Source: Octopus bimaculoides (Eukaryota). From it: a stretch of 36,381 bases of DNA. Of this stretch, positions 32,976 to 36,381 are shown piece after piece; position 1 is the stretch's first letter; each line of letters begins with the position of its first letter. The notes below the pieces were generated by a model. It was not told where the DNA came from. It saw only the letters and a list, made by a program, of their open reading frames with translations, and searched no databases. Location: the NCBI RefSeq assembly GCF_001194135.2, contig NC_068982.1, positions 135,547,892 through 135,584,272 on the forward strand, in the 5' to 3' direction. The translations under genes and the position numbers were made by a program.

Positions 32976-33399
32976 CACGGATTTGGACTCCTATAACTAT
33001 AAAAATATTGGGTGTACTGTTATAATTTTTATAGATTTGGTTGACAAATAGCCTAGGAATATCTCATTAAAATTATATCAAAGTCCATTCATAACTGTTA
33101 GAGTTATCAGTTTCGGCCCAATCCTGTTTGCACTCAATTGCTACGGAGCGATCAGTGTATCTAACGCAAGTAAGATGGTAATTTACGTGAAATTGGAGGA
33201 TCGTAGAAAGAAACGGATGTTATATTCTGGCTCTACAAGACACCCTTAGAAAAATTTATTCTCATTTCCTCTTTTTTTTTCTTTCATCCTCTTTCCGTCG
33301 CGTGTAGGAACTTTCGCTTGTAACGGTGTGTTTTGGAATCCAGTCTATTTATAATTTTTTCCACTAGCGGATCTGATTTTTGATTTGATAAAGTATTGA

Positions 33400-34240
33400 T
33401 AACATCTTGTTTTTCCCATGGTCAAGTTTGTCGATCTGCACGGTTGGCTTCCCTGTGAGGAACGGTCATCGGTCGTTCCGGTTGATTGATTTTCTTAAAT
33501 GGTAATTTTGTTGTATTTGCTGAAGTTCGGTTTTGATTGGTCTAGAATTAGGTGACATCAGCAACTGCTGTTTGTAAAATGTCCTTGGTCAAGAGATAGG
33601 TGACGTCGGCAACTGCTGTTTGTATGGTGTTATTGTATGGTGACTTAGAGATGCGGTTTCGAATTTGAAGATGCGGGTGGAAGACTGTTACTAAAAATTT
33701 TCAAATTGTTTTTTGTTCCTGGTTGATTTTTTTGTGCAGAAATTTTGTCTTTTGTCTTTTTTCTCTTTAGTGTTTTTACTTCTTTCTACAGAATTGGGTT
33801 GAAATGTTTCTGGTGCATTGGCAGAGAGATAAAATTTAGTATTTTCGGTTTATGTTTGCGGGGCATTGGCCTAGGTGCTTGCTTCCGGGAATTTTCCTAG
33901 TCGTGGGGTCCCGGATTTGTTGCTTGTGCACCGTTAGTTTGTCCCTCAAGGTTAAACTAGTTTGACCTAAGTAGTCTCCACGAAATCCTCCGCATTTGAG
34001 AACATTGATTACGTCCTTCGAAGCACAGGTGAAGTGATTTTGCATTGTAAAATTTGACCTGACTTAAATTTGTATGTTGAGCCCTTTAAGAGGAAGATGC
34101 AAATTCCGTAGTTAGGGCGGTTGCATCTTTTGACTAGTGGGGTTGTATTTTTAGTGGGTAATTTGGCTCTGGTGAGTAACTTTTTAGGGATTGCGGTTGT
34201 CTCTTACTTTTAATAATCCTATGTGCTTCTAGTGCCTTTT
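33400..34240 (-). mobile_element. Penelope-like element, 3' part: RT-EN linker, Cys-rich motif, GIY-YIG endonuclease and downstream region
   Basis: Minus: ALEAHRIIKSKRQPQSL, frameshift, KKLLTRAKLPTKNTTPLVKRCNRPNYGICIF...; ORF 34045-33836 NHFTCASKDVINVLKCGGFRGDYLGQTSLTLRDKLTVHKQQIRDP, a degenerate VIY..C..C...YIGQT...LR.R...H GIY-YIG. A short tandem duplication (ggtgac.tc.gcaactgctgtttgta) lies at 33551-33625. The downstream boundary is approximate. Confidence 0.85.
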
Positions 34241-34289
34241 TCATTCGTAGGTCTTTCATAAGGAAAAATATCTGTAAATCATTCGAAAC

Positions 34290-35290
34290 ATCACTAATGC
34301 ATAAACCTGAAAATAACCCTAATCCTAGAATTGAAAAAAATAACTTCATCTGTCAACGATCTTCCGATATCAAGAAAGCTATACTTCAAGTATGGGCCAA
34401 AAATGATAAAAATTGTAAATTCACTTTCTGGAATATGATCAAGAACTCCAATAAAGCAAAGGTATACGAGAGACGGCTCAGTTCAACTTCTCATATTCTC
34501 CCCAGAAAGCTACAAGTTAAAGCCATCCCCAACGAACCAGCAAAATAGATAGACCCTAAGGAGAAAATGTTTCTGGAGAACTTAAAAATGGAGATAGAAC
34601 TACTGAAGCTCAGAGCTCAATCCCACCAATAAAAGATTACCTCAATTGATGCAGAAATGACAGTTGAAATCGTGAAATTAGATGAAGGGGGGAAATTTTT
34701 GATAAAAAATATCCAATGAGGAATACCAATCTGATAACCTTTTCTTGAAAAAAAAAAAAAAAAGAAAAAAAAAAAAACTTACGAACTTCACACGACCGAA
34801 AGAAAGTCACTACCAGAAAAATACCGGAATGCCAATCCAGAACGAAGAATGACCAATATCCTCTCCAGGGTTCTAAATACTCACCAAAGACATAAAATGT
34901 AAAATTGCATTACACAGTTTACCACAAGACGAAACACCTCCTCTCAAAGATACAGAAACCCATCTCACCCCAAGAACCCCCAACGTCTCAGACGTAACAA
35001 TTTCGTTAATGACACTTTCGGACAGAATTATAAGAGAAATAAGAACTCCTCACGTCCAAGATACATCTCACATAAAGAAGACTTCGAAGGACAATCAACA
35101 AGAACACTAATTCCTTATATCAGAAACCAAGAAACCAATTTTTAGGCAAACTGGGCTAAAACCGGGACACTCTATAGCACCAACCAAATGCGAGATCCCG
35201 AAGGGGATAAATCTTTTACATAAAACCCTTTCAAACCAGCAAATGGAAGTTTTCACAAAGGGATTGAAGCTCATCCCAACACCACAAAGG
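34290..35290 (+). mobile_element. Penelope-like element, N-terminal ORF region upstream of the RT, pseudogenised
   Basis: FWNMIKNSNKAKVYERRLSSTSHILPRKLQVKAIPNEPAK*IDPKEKMFLENLKMEIELLKLRAQSH..., ending GINLLHKTLSNQQMEVFTKGLKLIPTPQ (NLS...L...E...L.KGL.F.P motif that precedes the PLE RT). It is truncated by a microsatellite at ~35290. Confidence 0.7.
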
Positions 35291-35354
35291 TATATATATG
35301 TGTGCGTGTTGTGTATGTGTGTGTGCGCGTGTGCGTGTGTTAATGTGGGTGTGT

Positions 35355-35521
35355 GCAAAGATGCATGGTAGTGTGTTACAGTCTCGATTACAAAATCGAG
35401 GCTTCGATTCCCAGGTCAGTGACACATTGCGTTCCTGAACAAAACACTTCAGTTCACGCTACTCCAGTCCATTCGGCTGTAAATAGGTAACCTTGCAATC
35501 AACTGGCATTCTGTCCGAAGG
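35355..35521 (+). mobile_element. Diverged tRNA-derived SINE, family C (CORE/V-like)
   Basis: B box-like gcttcgattcccagg followed by ttgcgttcctgaacaaaacacttcagttcacgctactccagtccattcggctgtaaataggtaac. Confidence 0.6.
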
Positions 35522-35637
35522 ATTTGATAGTCAACCAACATCACCATCGGGGTCGCATCTCTCAAATGCCACAGTAAAGCAAGAAAGTGCATTGTGGCCA
35601 GCGTTGTATAACCAACTCCATTCTCTGAGCGACAGAG

Positions 35638-35676
<39 letters not shown>

Positions 35677-35677
<1 letters not shown>

Positions 35678-36071
35678 TTTTATTCCTTTATTTATTTAAA
35701 TCATTTGACTGTGGCCATGCTGGAGCCCCGCCTTTAGTCGGACAAATCGACCACAGGACTTATTCTTTTTAAGCCTAGCACTTATTTTAGCGGTCTCATC
35801 TGCCGAACGGCTAAGTTACGGGTGCAGAAACACATCAACATCGGTTGCCAAGCAATGAAAGGGAGACAAACACAGAGACACAAGCATACACACAAACACA
35901 CACACACACACGCACGCACTGACATATACGACCGTCTTCATCCAGATTCCGTCCAACGAATCCACTCACAGGGCTATAATAGAAAACATTTCCTCAAGCT
36001 GCCACGCAATTAGACTGAACACGGAACCATGTGGTTGTTAAGCAAGCTATTTACTACACAGCCACTCCATA
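35677..36071 (-). mobile_element. Near full-length SINE family A
   Basis: Reverse complement aligns to 7439-7838, with an internal (CA)n and a small deletion in the head. Confidence 0.85.
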
Positions 36072-36381
36072 TATATATACACACATATAACATAAACAGT
36101 CACGCACACACATATATACATAAACACATACACACACATATATTAACTCACAGGTAGCAGATAACGACCGCTAGATAAGAACATGCAATGAACGATAATA
36201 CTATTCAATAAACATACATTCTACCTTTCAATGTGTAAATTAAGGAAAGTCGTGACACCATTTATTTTGCCTATTTTCTTTCTAGAACAGCATGAAGTTA
36301 CACTTTTATGAAAATGTCACACATTTTAGTTAGTTTACAATTTCCATTTTAGTGCAATACTTTCTAATGTTCATATATATA

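Noticed and set aside
33100-33180. Minus-strand CTGATCG...GGCCGAAAC near the Penelope 3' end, and CCGATGA at 33466-33472
   Set aside because: The first has a broken core and no stem I pairing; the second lacks GAAA. They may be decayed hammerheads but cannot be supported.

Overview
AT-rich, microsatellite-dense eukaryotic genomic DNA with six N-gaps; no prokaryotic genes, CRISPR arrays, rRNA or true tRNA genes are supported. The repeat repertoire (tRNA-derived SINEs, R4/Dong, RTE, Penelope-like, mariner, piggyBac-type MITE, Chapaev3) looks like an octopod cephalopod genome; this is recognition by eye, not a database result. No intact protein-coding gene could be assembled, and almost all listed ORFs are microsatellite, N-run or antisense-to-repeat artefacts. 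Recognisable coding remnants: R4/Dong endonuclease C-terminus (2-223) and RT fragment (~22031-22372), RTE C-terminus (7879-8166), mariner N-terminus (from 24425), Chapaev3-type transposase (~32290-32975, minus) and a Penelope-like element in two divergent halves lacking the RT core (~33400-35290). The most interesting signal is four minimal type-I hammerhead-ribozyme-like motifs from three apparent Penelope-type repeat families (455-500, 2724-2769 minus, 9143-9185, 10760-10805), each with a palindromic stem III. One (10760-10805) has an intact catalytic core inside an inverted/tandem repeat structure. Also notable: a perfect 52-bp palindrome, (TAA)n-targeted R4/Dong insertions, a duplicated ~147-bp element with a compensatory base-pair change, and a few isolated candidate exons.
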